Shown piece by piece: positions 50,454 through 59,889 of a stretch of DNA of 64,000 bases. The position numbers were made by a program, and so were the translations under genes. Every line of letters starts with the position of its first letter. The first letter of the stretch is position 1. The notes under the pieces are model-generated. The model worked only from the letters and a program-made list of their open reading frames with translations. It ran no database searches and was not told the DNA's origin. The DNA is from Thermodesulfobacteriota bacterium (GTDB lineage Bacteria; Desulfobacterota; Desulfobacteria; Desulfobacterales; C00003060): NCBI GenBank assembly GCA_034189385.1, contig JAXHVD010000013.1:1-64000 (forward strand), written 5' to 3'.

Positions 50454-50578
50454 CAAGGCTGTTGTTTCATCTTTTTTCATTGGTTCTCAGAAGCCTAAGT
50501 GGAGGTTCTTTCTAAGGGCGGCATATTGGAGTATGTCCAAGCGATGAATTCCGGCGCCAGAGGGTTTAGGTGGGAGGG

Positions 50579-50950
50579 CTAAAGCCCTCTAAGTCTTTCC
50601 CCGTACTCCTGCTGTTCTTTGCATCGAATACAAAACCTGGCTATTGGGCGAGCCCTCAGTCTCCCCTTGGAGATCGCCCTGCCACATTCCTCGCAGATTC
50701 CGTAAGTTCCGTCTTGAAGCTTGGCCAGGGAATATTTGATCTTTTTGACCAGTTTACTTTCCCTTTCTCTCATGCGGAAGGAGAGGACGTTGTCCATCTC
50801 CGTGGATGCTCGGTCAAGGGTATCGGGAGATGCACCTCTGGACATAGTTGTACGGCCAGAACTAGCCTCTGCCTTTCTCAAGGCCTCGTCCAGTTGTTGA
50901 CTCAGTAAACTGCTGAAATACGATTTATCTTTCTTGGCCAACATGTGCAT
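50579..50950 (-). CDS. dksA: DksA/TraR family C4 zinc-finger protein
   Basis: DTLDRA (DxxDxA), YGICEECG...RLRARP...CIRC. Confidence 0.85.
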   Translation of the reverse strand: MHMLAKKDKSYFSSLLSQQLDEALRKAEASSGRTTMSRGASPDTLDRASTEMDNVLSFRMRERESKLVKKIKYSLAKLQDGTYGICEECGRAISKGRLRARPIARFCIRCKEQQEYGERLRGL

Positions 50951-51218
50951 CTGAGAATCCTAGACAAAAAGAAAACTCTGGAGCCGATCGCGCCTTTTCC
51001 TGAGTCAAAACTTGCCCCCGCACTGTGTCGTGTCTTGGTTTCTTTGGGCTTTGCTCTTCCAGGAAGACCGCTTCGGACAAGGGGCTTAACTCTGCATGGA
51101 GTTCTTGCGGTTGCCTCCCCGTGGCAAATATAATTTTCGATCACTAACAGTGCAGGGGCAAGGGATAAGCCTGATTTCTTCCTCTGACAGATGCCGTGCT
51201 TTCCTCTAGCCCTTTGGC

Positions 51219-51602
51219 CTATTCTGCTTGCGCCTGTGCAAGGTCGTCATCACCTTGCGGGGTCATGTATGAGCTTTCTTCCTCAGAGGGCTCCTCGGTG
51301 TAAGATTCGTGTTCGTCACCGGTCGGGGCATTTTCGTATCCAGAGCCCTCTTCGCCCTCTTCTGACAACTCTTCTCTGAATTGCTCTTGGTATTCACCCT
51401 CTTTGTACTCCTCTTCACTCTCTTCACTCTCAGAGGCCCATGCATCGGAGCTTTCGAGGAGGCTACCCGCTGTATCTTCCTCATGCATTACCTTTGTTTG
51501 GGTGTCCGACGCTCGCGCCGGCCCTGCGTTCGCCAGAAAAACGAAGACCAGTGATAATAGGATACATAGACATGGGGCCCAGAACCTCTTGCTTACCTTC
51601 AT
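51219..51602 (-). CDS. Secreted, very acidic low-complexity protein
   Basis: Signal peptide ending ARA; Glu/Ser-rich mature part; AAGGAGG RBS. Confidence 0.7.
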   Translation of the reverse strand: MKVSKRFWAPCLCILLSLVFVFLANAGPARASDTQTKVMHEEDTAGSLLESSDAWASESEESEEEYKEGEYQEQFREELSEEGEEGSGYENAPTGDEHESYTEEPSEEESSYMTPQGDDDLAQAQAE

Positions 51603-51693
51603 TTTCGTACCTCCTTAAGCCATTTTGTGTGTCGTTCCTCTTGGGGTCCCGCCAGAACCCTCCTTGTAGGCGTGCTCAAGCGCTTCTACTCAT

Positions 51694-51709
51694 GGCAATT
51701 GCCGTGCCA
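51694..51709 (-). promoter_or_regulatory. Sigma54 -24/-12 promoter (leftward)
   Basis: Minus strand TGGCACGGCAATTGCC. Confidence 0.8.
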
Positions 51710-51764
51710 CTTCCGTAACCAATTGAAATTACATTTATTGAAGTGAATGGGAAAAGGGCGGACC

Positions 51765-51912
51765 GGAACTGGCAGTTCCGGTCCTGGCGGAGGGAGGCCC
51801 CACTAGAAAAAGGATAAAGCTGGAGATCGAGCACAACATATTGAGATAATGAGGGATTGGATGTGTGGAATCTCTAGTTCCGTTTTTTGGGGGTTTCGGA
51901 ACTTGAAGTTCT
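51765..51912. promoter_or_regulatory. Three palindromic GGAACT-N3-AGTTCC-like sites (putative enhancers)
   Basis: 51765 GGAACTGGCAGTTCC, 51867 GGAATCTCTAGTTCC, 51898 GGAACTTGAAGTTCT. Confidence 0.7.
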
Positions 51913-51923
51913 GAAAACCGCTT

Positions 51924-53345
51924 CTAGGAAGGTCCCGTCTTGAACTCTTCTTTTCGCAAGCCATGTTTTTTCATGAGTTTGTGTAGCTGGCGGGTAGTGA
52001 TGCCTGCGGCCTCAGCCGTGTCCTTGATTCGGCCCCGTTTTGCTGCAAGAAGCTCCTTTAGATAGGAGCTTTCTATCTCTTCCACACCCCTCCGCCTGGC
52101 CTCTACAAGCGTGTAGGTTGTGGGCACAGCGGGCATGGGTGTGGCTGTGCCATCCTGAAGGATGTCACTTGGAAAGCTCTCCGTACTCAGTATGGATGCT
52201 GCTTCTATGATGTACGCTCTCTCTAGAAGGTTTTCCAGTTCGCGTATGTTCCCCGGCCAGGCGTACGCACCAAAAGCGTCCAGCACCCGGGAATCAATGC
52301 CATGGATCTCCTTGGAATGGAACTTGTTGAGTTTTCTGAGTATAACGTCAACGAGATGGGGAATGTCTTCTGTCCTCTCCCTAAGAGATGGAATGGCCAC
52401 GGGAAATACGTTCAAGCGGTAATAGAGGTCCTTTCGGAATTGTCCCTGGTCGCAGAGTTCCTGAAGGTCCGTATTTGTGGCTGCCACAACCCTAACACTT
52501 GCCTCCAGTGTCTCTTCCCCTCCCACACGATGAAAAGTCCCATCCTGTAGTACCTGCAAGAGCTTGATCTGGGCAGTGGGTGTGATGGTGGCAATCTCAT
52601 CCAGAAAAATGGTCCCCCCTTGGGCGATTTCGAACTTGCCAAGCTTCCTGCGTACAGCTCCAGTGAAGGCCCCCTTCTCGTGGCCAAAGAGTTCGCTTTC
52701 TATAAGTGTGTCAGGTATAGCGCCACAATGCACAGCGATAAAGGGGCCGTCCTTGCGGTTGCTATGCTGGTGGGTCAGGCCGGCTAGCACGCCCTTTCCT
52801 GTGCCTGTTTCGCCCACAAGGAGCACAGTGCTCTTAGTTGGTGCAACAGAGCGGATTTTGTTGAAGACACCTTGCATCAAGGGGCTTTGCGTGCGGACGA
52901 CGTCGATGGAATCTCCTTGCCAGAATCTATCTCGCAGGTAATCCAGCTCTGATTCCATGACCAGAGATTCATAGGCACTCTCGGTCAGGTATTTGACCTC
53001 TTCAGGATCGACAGGATAGGCAAGGTAGTTACTGGCTCCCGCCTTAACGGCCATGACTGCCTCTCTGATTTTGCCCTGAGACGACATGACAATGATTTGG
53101 GCACTGGGATACACTTGCCAAAATGGTTGAAGGGCGGCTTTCAGGTTATTGTCAGAGGTTGATTCGCGAAGGATCTCCACGTCTAGGAAAAGGAATTCAT
53201 ACCGCTTTTTTTTGAACATCTCCAAGGCCCTATCCTTTTCAGAGGTCACCTCAACAGCGTATTCCTTTCGCAAGCTGGTCTTAATGGCCTCACAGGCGGA
53301 CCGATTGTGAGATGCAACAAGAATGGCCTTCATCTGTTCTTCCAA
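51924..53345 (-). CDS. Sigma54-dependent activator with atypical receiver domain
   Basis: [25 protein letters not shown]; receiver lacks the acidic pair (VASH) and conserved Lys (YLAYP). Confidence 0.92.
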   Translation of the reverse strand: MEEQMKAILVASHNRSACEAIKTSLRKEYAVEVTSEKDRALEMFKKKRYEFLFLDVEILRESTSDNNLKAALQPFWQVYPSAQIIVMSSQGKIREAVMAVKAGASNYLAYPVDPEEVKYLTESAYESLVMESELDYLRDRFWQGDSIDVVRTQSPLMQGVFNKIRSVAPTKSTVLLVGETGTGKGVLAGLTHQHSNRKDGPFIAVHCGAIPDTLIESELFGHEKGAFTGAVRRKLGKFEIAQGGTIFLDEIATITPTAQIKLLQVLQDGTFHRVGGEETLEASVRVVAATNTDLQELCDQGQFRKDLYYRLNVFPVAIPSLRERTEDIPHLVDVILRKLNKFHSKEIHGIDSRVLDAFGAYAWPGNIRELENLLERAYIIEAASILSTESFPSDILQDGTATPMPAVPTTYTLVEARRRGVEEIESSYLKELLAAKRGRIKDTAEAAGITTRQLHKLMKKHGLRKEEFKTGPS

Positions 53346-53449
53346 AGATGTTTCACGGCCGCCCCAAAAAGAGGGTCGGTTGGTTCAGTCTGCCAAATAC
53401 CGGTGTGTCCTCCAATGCACCAAAAGCCACAATCTTTCAAGAGAAAAAA

Positions 53450-53600
53450 AGAATTGTCAGTTCTCACTTCGAGAATATCGGAACTCAAAGTTCCAACATG
53501 GTCAGTCGTCATTTGATTTCAAGTGGTTGAAGGGGCAAACAATGTCTTGAAAGTGCCAACAGGGGGAGTCTTAGTGGCTGGCATCGGAACCTGCAATTCC
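53450..53600. promoter_or_regulatory. Three palindromic GGAACT-N3-AGTTCC-like sites (putative enhancers)
   Basis: 53450 AGAATTGTCAGTTCT, 53480 GGAACTCAAAGTTCC, 53586 GGAACCTGCAATTCC. Confidence 0.7.
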
Positions 53601-53654
53601 GATTGTCAGGCCCGCTAATTTGTCAAATATTGCAATATCAGCGGTTTATGGTTG

Positions 53655-53670
53655 TGGCACAGATACTGCT
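53655..53670 (+). promoter_or_regulatory. Sigma54 -24/-12 promoter (rightward)
   Basis: TGGCACAGATACTGCT; IHF-like TATCAGCGGTTTA at 53636-53648. Confidence 0.65.
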
Positions 53671-53765
53671 TATCGTCAGATCCAATAATCTGGGACACGA
53701 TTTCCCTCGCTTGCAAGGAGGGACGGGGTAGCCGAGGACGGGGGGATTCAGACGAGAAGAACAAG

Positions 53766-54083
53766 ATGGTTGCGCAGAGGGAAAGGGCAGGAAATGAACC
53801 AATCACAGTCGTGGGTATCGTCATTCCCGTTGAGTGGGACGACCAGGGGAACGCTCTCACCACGATCATTTCAAGCCCAGGTGAGGAGGAGTACCTTGTT
53901 GAACCGTATGCAAAGGGAAAAGAGCTTTTGGGCTTGGTGAGACAAGAGATAGAGGTCATCGGCGTTCTGACGAAGAGAATGAAAGGTGGAAATACAATCC
54001 GGGTGGACAGTTATCGACTGAAAGAAGCAAGAGATTGGCAAGGAGAGGCGGAACGCCAAAAAACAGGCGCTCCGCCTCTCTAG
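53766..54083 (+). CDS. Small OB-fold-like hypothetical protein (no signal peptide)
   Basis: ITVVGIVIPVEWDDQG...EEEYLV...GKELL...EVIGV; paralogue of the next gene. Confidence 0.7.
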   Translation: MVAQRERAGNEPITVVGIVIPVEWDDQGNALTTIISSPGEEEYLVEPYAKGKELLGLVRQEIEVIGVLTKRMKGGNTIRVDSYRLKEARDWQGEAERQKTGAPPL

Positions 54084-54137
54084 ACAAACAAGTTCAGTGT
54101 GCTTTAGAACCATTCAACGTGGGAGGAAGCATCATTC

Positions 54138-54464
54138 ATGAAAGGGATCAGAAGATACTTGGTTTTGGTGCTCTGTACGCTGACATTCGCTTCTTTGTTG
54201 TGTACGGCCAGCGTGCTTGCCACAGAGTCAGATGAGGTTACGATCATTGGAAGAGTGCAAGCAGTGGATTGGGATGATAGAGGAAAGCCAATTGCTGCCG
54301 AAATGTCGGGGACGGGAGAGGAATACCAAATCGTTGACAATGCCGTTGGAAAGGAGCTGATCAAGCTGGATGGTATGACGGTGAAGGCAACTGGTGTGGT
54401 GGCTGAAGATAGCAAAGGAAACAAGTCTCTCACCGTGACCAGCTATGAGGTCGTATCCAAATAG
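54138..54464 (+). CDS. Small OB-fold-like hypothetical protein with signal peptide
   Basis: Signal peptide ending VLA; VTIIGRVQAVDWDDRG...EEYQI...GKELI...KATGV. Confidence 0.75.
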   Translation: MKGIRRYLVLVLCTLTFASLLCTASVLATESDEVTIIGRVQAVDWDDRGKPIAAEMSGTGEEYQIVDNAVGKELIKLDGMTVKATGVVAEDSKGNKSLTVTSYEVVSK

Positions 54465-54625
54465 GGTAGACATATCACACGGGGGCGACGAAAAGAACTT
54501 ATTCAGATAGCTTGGTTAAGGACCCCTATGAGGGGGGAATGGCCTGCTGCCTCATTTTTGAACCCACAGGAAGGGTGTTCCGCAAGTAGTAACCGGTGTG
54601 ATCAGAATCTAAGGAGGAAGACAGA

Positions 54626-54901
54626 ATGACAAAAGGAGAACTCATTGACCAGATGGCAGGGGACGCTGGCATTTCAAAAGCAGAGGCAGCCGAGGCCCTC
54701 AGTTCGCTTTTGGAGAGCATTGGAAAGGCGATGAACGGAAAGGGAGGCAAGATTACGCTCCCTGGTTTGGGCACCTTCTCTAAGGTGGCGCGCAAGGCCC
54801 GTAAAGGGGTCAATCCGGCAACCGGAGAAAAGATAACCATAAAGGCCCACAACTCGGTGACGTTTAAGCCTGGCAAGGCCCTTAAAGACGCTGTGGCGTA
54901 A
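54626..54901 (+). CDS. hup: HU family DNA-binding protein
   Basis: MTKGELI, GLGTFS, RKARKGVNPATGEKITI, FKPGKALK. Confidence 0.93.
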   Translation: MTKGELIDQMAGDAGISKAEAAEALSSLLESIGKAMNGKGGKITLPGLGTFSKVARKARKGVNPATGEKITIKAHNSVTFKPGKALKDAVA

Positions 54902-55237
54902 ATCTTCTGGCACGGCCCTTTCGGCTCTTCAGGAAGGTCATTATCAGGGAAGAGAGACACCCAACAGGGATTTCGTCAGTTAATCCAGAAGTGGCCTGCG
55001 AAGGCTTCTTGCTTGTAGCCTCTTCTCATGCAAACCGTTCGATGTGTAAAGGGCCGAGGACTATATCGTCCAATTCTTCCGGTCCAAGTCCCCTCCGGTT
55101 CCTGCGCGGGAACGTGGTGCTGCCCGCCTCAAAGCCATTTGTCTTAACGGATTGATCCAGCGCACATCCTGGCGCCTTTGGCGCCTGTCGCTTTTTAGGG
55201 GCCGCAAAGGTAGGTCAGATGGAAAGACAGAAGCCTA

Positions 55238-56086
55238 ATGGACCTTATCAAACAAGGAGTACAACAGACCGACAGGCACATAATGGAAGGTCTAAACGCC
55301 TTAAGCTTTCACGATGGTCAACTCTTCTATCTGTATGTGCCTGGGAGGGTGATTGCCGAGCCTACAGCAGCCAGGATACTGGTGTCGGTCCACGGATACA
55401 CGGGCAGCAGAACCAACGCCAGGGGAAGGGCCAAGGTAAGAACCTATGCCGAATACTGGACAGACCTGGCAGACGAGAAGGGGTGGGTTGTTCTGGCCCC
55501 CCATTTTGACGAACGGCGATTCAACAAGGACTACCAACGCCTGAACCCCTCGGGACTGAGAGCAGACCTTCGCTTAAACGCCCTCGTCGATGAAGTGGGG
55601 AAAATGCTGCCGGGAATCCCTACAGCCCCCATTTTGGTTTTTGGCTTTTCTGGGGGCGGTCAGTTCGTTCATCGTTATCTCACCTTCAGCCCTGAACGGG
55701 TTGACCGGGCCGTGTGTGGTGCGCCAGGTTGGTATTTGTGGCAGGACCCAACACTGCCTTATCCGGTGGGAACTGCTCGAAAGACATTGCCCTGCGGCCT
55801 GCGACCGCGATGGCGACAGCTCTGCGGGGCCAAGGTTCTTCTCATTGTTGGGGAAAGGGATATTGCCCAGTCCGCTTTTAGGAAAAGATACAAAAAGTAT
55901 GATCTCATGAGCCTGCAAGGTAAAGGCCGCAAGGAACGGGCCGAGAACTGGTTCGCCTCCCTGCAGCAAATGGCTAATGAGGAACGGTGGTCTTTCAGGA
56001 TGGCTCTCAAGGTGCTTCCACGCGCGGGACATGTGGTCAATCAGTCTTTTCTGGAATGCACAGCGAGATATTTGTGCGAGGACTAG
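55238..56086 (+). CDS. Alpha/beta hydrolase (PHB depolymerase / poly-aspartate hydrolase-like)
   Basis: VHG, VLAPHF, GFSGGGQFVHR nucleophile elbow, PYPVG, GERD, AGH. Confidence 0.75.
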   Translation: MDLIKQGVQQTDRHIMEGLNALSFHDGQLFYLYVPGRVIAEPTAARILVSVHGYTGSRTNARGRAKVRTYAEYWTDLADEKGWVVLAPHFDERRFNKDYQRLNPSGLRADLRLNALVDEVGKMLPGIPTAPILVFGFSGGGQFVHRYLTFSPERVDRAVCGAPGWYLWQDPTLPYPVGTARKTLPCGLRPRWRQLCGAKVLLIVGERDIAQSAFRKRYKKYDLMSLQGKGRKERAENWFASLQQMANEERWSFRMALKVLPRAGHVVNQSFLECTARYLCED

Positions 56087-56095
56087 GACGTAGCT

Positions 56096-57208
56096 GTGGC
56101 TTTTGCCTCAATTGAGGTGAAGCGGAGAAGCAACAGAATGCAAAAGATTGACAAAGGATTCATCTTGCCAAGTGCTGCCTTGACCATCAAGAGGAGCCAG
56201 GTCAAACACTACAAACACTCTGACAAGATGCCGGAAGTCGGTGATGTCGTCTATGGAACCATTGGTCGTATTGGCCATCACTCGTCTTTGGAGAATGCCT
56301 TTGGCAGGATTCATACGATACACAATGGTACAAAAGGCATTTTTGTTTTTGGAAATAGATATGCTCCAGACCATTATGAAGGGATCATCCCAGACAGAAT
56401 GAGACATAAAGTCGACCTCCTTGCCCGATCCGGCATGATCGGGATCGTGAAAACCAAGAATGCCATGATAAAAGATCCGACAAGGGTGCGGATACATGGC
56501 TATGTGTTGGACAAGGACAACAACACCGTCCTGAATACCCGCTCCTTTCCCACGGTCAAGCCCAAGAAGTCGGTCAAGGACTTCCCCAGATCCAGAATGA
56601 TTTTGGTTTGCGGCACTTCCATGAATGCGGGCAAGACCATGGCTGCTGTTGCCTGTTGCTGGGCGCTGGCATCCATGGGACACCCTGTGCGGGCCTCAAA
56701 GGTGACAGGAACGGCCAGTCTCAAAGACATCCTCCACATGAACGATGCAGGCGCCGATCCTTATGCTGATTTCACATTCCTTGGCTATCCTTCGACCTAT
56801 CTGCTTCCCGAGGATGAGGTGCTGAGCATCTTCGATCAGCTTGACCTTAAATATGCAAACAACCGCAAGAACTATTGGGTGGTGGAGTTTGCTGACGGCA
56901 TCAACCAGCGGGAAACGGCCATGCTGCTCCGTTCAAAGGAAGTGAGGTCAAGGATTCACAAACTCATCTTTTGTGCTAGTGACGCCTTTGGAGCCCTGGG
57001 AGGATTGAAGATCCTGGAAGACAAATTTGGTCTGGTTCCCGATGCCCTCTCGGGCGTGTGTTCCAGTTCGCCATTACATGTAAGGGAGCTTGCGAGATTC
57101 AGTGATGTGCCGGTTTTTAACAGTGCTAACCCTGATCTGAGCCAACTGGCCAAGATTCTCCTCTCATACGAAAGGCGTTCGTCCCCTTCATGGCGGAGCG
57201 CTGCCTGA
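56096..57208 (+). CDS. DUF1611-related P-loop protein
   Basis: GNRYAPDHYEG, GTSMNAGKT, KVTGT...D, GYPSTY, EFADGI.QRET. Confidence 0.7.
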   Translation: MAFASIEVKRRSNRMQKIDKGFILPSAALTIKRSQVKHYKHSDKMPEVGDVVYGTIGRIGHHSSLENAFGRIHTIHNGTKGIFVFGNRYAPDHYEGIIPDRMRHKVDLLARSGMIGIVKTKNAMIKDPTRVRIHGYVLDKDNNTVLNTRSFPTVKPKKSVKDFPRSRMILVCGTSMNAGKTMAAVACCWALASMGHPVRASKVTGTASLKDILHMNDAGADPYADFTFLGYPSTYLLPEDEVLSIFDQLDLKYANNRKNYWVVEFADGINQRETAMLLRSKEVRSRIHKLIFCASDAFGALGGLKILEDKFGLVPDALSGVCSSSPLHVRELARFSDVPVFNSANPDLSQLAKILLSYERRSSPSWRSAA

Positions 57209-57431
57209 ACTTCCGTCCGTTACTACTGCCTCGATGAATCCAAAGAGTTAAGTTGGACACAAGAGAGGGCCCCAGGGCACTGTCAGCTTGCCATCGGCCT
57301 TGTTGAAGAGCGGGATAAGGATGTGAGAACCAGTGAGGGAAAATGGATTGTGTTGATTTTTTCGGAAGAGAAGGTACGGACGAGGCCAAAAGAGACCGCA
57401 CTTTTTGAGAAGCACGACTTAGACACAAAAT

Positions 57432-58349
57432 ATGCCCGCCGTGGACATCCGGCCTGCTGAGAGGGGAAAGATGACTTCCAATCGCACCAATAGAACGACT
57501 TCGGATTTCGCGCGTGAACTGTTACGGAACATCGGACTCATAACGCTGGGTAGCACCATCTGTGCGTTAGCCATCAACGGTATCCTCATTCCCCACAGAT
57601 TCGTGAGTGGCGGTGTGACCGGCCTGGCCCTGGTGATCCACTATCTTGTTCCATCTCTCCCTGTTTCGGGGCTCTATTTCGCCATCAATCTGCCCCTCTT
57701 TGCCATGGGATGGAAGTTTGTTGGAAGGCGCTTCTTCTTGTTCAGTGTGGCGGGCATGGTTGTCTTTTCCGCAAGCTTGCAGTGGGTTTCCATTCCCATC
57801 GCGATCCATGATCCCGTTCCGAGTGCACTGCTTGCAGGCATTATGAGCGGCCTGGGTTCGGGAATCATCCTACGATCTGTCGGGTCAGCAGGGGGTACGG
57901 ACATTCTTGCAGTGACCTTATTGAACCGCTTTTCTATTCGCTTGGGAACCACGACTTTGGCCTTCAATGCCGGCGTGCTCGTTCTGGCAGCCATGTCTTC
58001 CTCTTTGGAACCAGTGCTGTACACCCTCATTTATATGTATGTCACCTCCCACGTTATGAATCTCGTGGCTACGGGGCTTAGCCAGAGGAAAGCTGTGCTC
58101 ATTATTTCATCTCAGTGGAACGAAATTGCGCAAAGGGTCCTTGAGCAGGTTCGAAGGGGCGTCACTATTCTTCGAGGCCAAGGGGCATTCTCAGGTCAGG
58201 AAGAACAGGTCTTGTACACCGTCATCACGTTTCGGGATCTGGCCCGAACTAAACGGATTATCCGCCAAGTGGACCCCGGCGCCTTTGTGGTGGTGACCGA
58301 TACCCTGGAAGTGATGGGCCATCGCATTGGAAACCAGCCCCACTGGTAA
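57432..58349 (+). CDS. YitT family membrane protein (DUF161 + DUF2179)
   Basis: SGGVTG, INLPLF, SAGGTDI, RGVT, VDPGAF. Confidence 0.9.
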   Translation: MPAVDIRPAERGKMTSNRTNRTTSDFARELLRNIGLITLGSTICALAINGILIPHRFVSGGVTGLALVIHYLVPSLPVSGLYFAINLPLFAMGWKFVGRRFFLFSVAGMVVFSASLQWVSIPIAIHDPVPSALLAGIMSGLGSGIILRSVGSAGGTDILAVTLLNRFSIRLGTTTLAFNAGVLVLAAMSSSLEPVLYTLIYMYVTSHVMNLVATGLSQRKAVLIISSQWNEIAQRVLEQVRRGVTILRGQGAFSGQEEQVLYTVITFRDLARTKRIIRQVDPGAFVVVTDTLEVMGHRIGNQPHW

Positions 58350-58469
58350 AGCCTTTGGCAATTTCCCTACGTCCATCTTTTCCTCCAGTGCCGATCCACG
58401 TGGGTCCAGATTTGCCCCTTTACCTTGACGGCTACCTTGGATTCGTGCATAAGATCTACGAAATAGAAG

Positions 58470-59765
58470 GTGGCCAACGAGCTTTCAGCCATAAAGAAGG
58501 AGTACGAAGAAGCCATGCGATATTATACGGGCCTGAGGGCCTATACTGCAAAAAGGATCGAAGAAGTAGAGCGTGCAGACATCCTCGTGGGCATACCCTG
58601 CTACAACAATCAGGAGACTATCGAACATGTGGTCCAGATGGTCACGCACGGCCTGCACAGGCACTTCAAGGACATGCGCTCTGTCATCATGGTGGCTGAT
58701 GGCGGTTCTACCGATGATACCCGGGAAGTCGCCAAGGAGTTTCAGATCAAGCCATGGCAGGAGAAGATCGTCTCCATCTACCGCGGTCCAGGCGGCAAGG
58801 GCTCGGCCTTTCGGTCCATTTTTGAAGCCGCCAAGCGCCTCAAGGTGAAAGCGTGCATGGTGGTTGATTCGGATCTTCGCTCCATTACCAGCGATTGGGT
58901 CAAGTACCTTTTGGAGCCCGTCCTGGAAAGGGACTACGAATATGTGTCGCCCATCTATTCCCGTTACAAATACGATGGTACCATTACAAACAACATTGTT
59001 TACAATCTCACCAGGGCTCTCTATGGCCTGCGGATTCGCCAACCCATTGGTGGAGACTTCGCCTTTGCAGGCGAGCTGGCACGCCACTACATTGAACAGG
59101 ATGTGTGGGAGACAGATGTGGCCCGATACGGCATTGATGTGTGGATGACCACCCATGCCATCACGCACAACTTCAAGATCTGTCAGTCCAATCTGGGTGT
59201 GAAGATCCACGACGCCAAAGACCCTGCCGAGTCCTTGGGCCCCATGTTTCGCCAGGTAGTTCACACCCTCTTTGTGCTCATGGAAGAGAATGAGGAGGCA
59301 TGGCAGTCTGTGCGGGGGAGCCGGACCGTGCCGGTATTTGGGCTTGAGAAATTGATGGAGCCCGAGCCGATTCAGGTCAATCTTGAAGCATTAGTAAAGG
59401 AGTACAAGACCGGTTTCAGACAATTCAAAGGGCTCTATAAGGATGTGTTTTGCCCACAATGCTATGATGAGCTGAAGAAGTGTGCAGCCAAATCCAAGAC
59501 AAAGTTTATTATGCCGGAAAAGACATGGGTCATGGCCCTCTATGAGATTGCGGCCACCTTTCACCAGTGGACGTTTAACCGCACCCAGCTTATCAACGTG
59601 GTCACTCCCCTGTATCTCGGTCGTGTCGCCTCCTTCATCAACGAGACAAAGAAGATGAGCTCAGGCGAGGCTGAAGAGGTGGTGGAAAAACAGGCCCAGG
59701 TCTTTGAGGAGCAAAAGAACTATCTCATTGAGGTCTGGGACAAGAAGGCCAAGACCAAGCACTGA
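58470..59765 (+). CDS. Glucosylglycerate synthase-like glycosyltransferase (GT-A fold)
   Basis: VGIPCYNN, DGGSTDDT, GKG, VDSDL, RQPIGGDF, YGIDVWMT, HDAKDP..LGPMF. Confidence 0.75.
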   Translation: MANELSAIKKEYEEAMRYYTGLRAYTAKRIEEVERADILVGIPCYNNQETIEHVVQMVTHGLHRHFKDMRSVIMVADGGSTDDTREVAKEFQIKPWQEKIVSIYRGPGGKGSAFRSIFEAAKRLKVKACMVVDSDLRSITSDWVKYLLEPVLERDYEYVSPIYSRYKYDGTITNNIVYNLTRALYGLRIRQPIGGDFAFAGELARHYIEQDVWETDVARYGIDVWMTTHAITHNFKICQSNLGVKIHDAKDPAESLGPMFRQVVHTLFVLMEENEEAWQSVRGSRTVPVFGLEKLMEPEPIQVNLEALVKEYKTGFRQFKGLYKDVFCPQCYDELKKCAAKSKTKFIMPEKTWVMALYEIAATFHQWTFNRTQLINVVTPLYLGRVASFINETKKMSSGEAEEVVEKQAQVFEEQKNYLIEVWDKKAKTKH

Positions 59766-59889
59766 TGGTGCCTTCACCACCGTCACATTCCGCGGAGACA
59801 TTCCGTGGCTGGGAGCTCGGGATACAGGCATAGTATCCCAGGCCTTGAGCCAGACAGAAGTGGCCGCGGGATGATAGGAGTAGCGCCCG

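Noticed and set aside
50902..51144. 80-aa minus-strand ORF upstream of dksA
   Set aside because: No recognisable motif or RBS and it overlaps the dksA start; cannot be supported.
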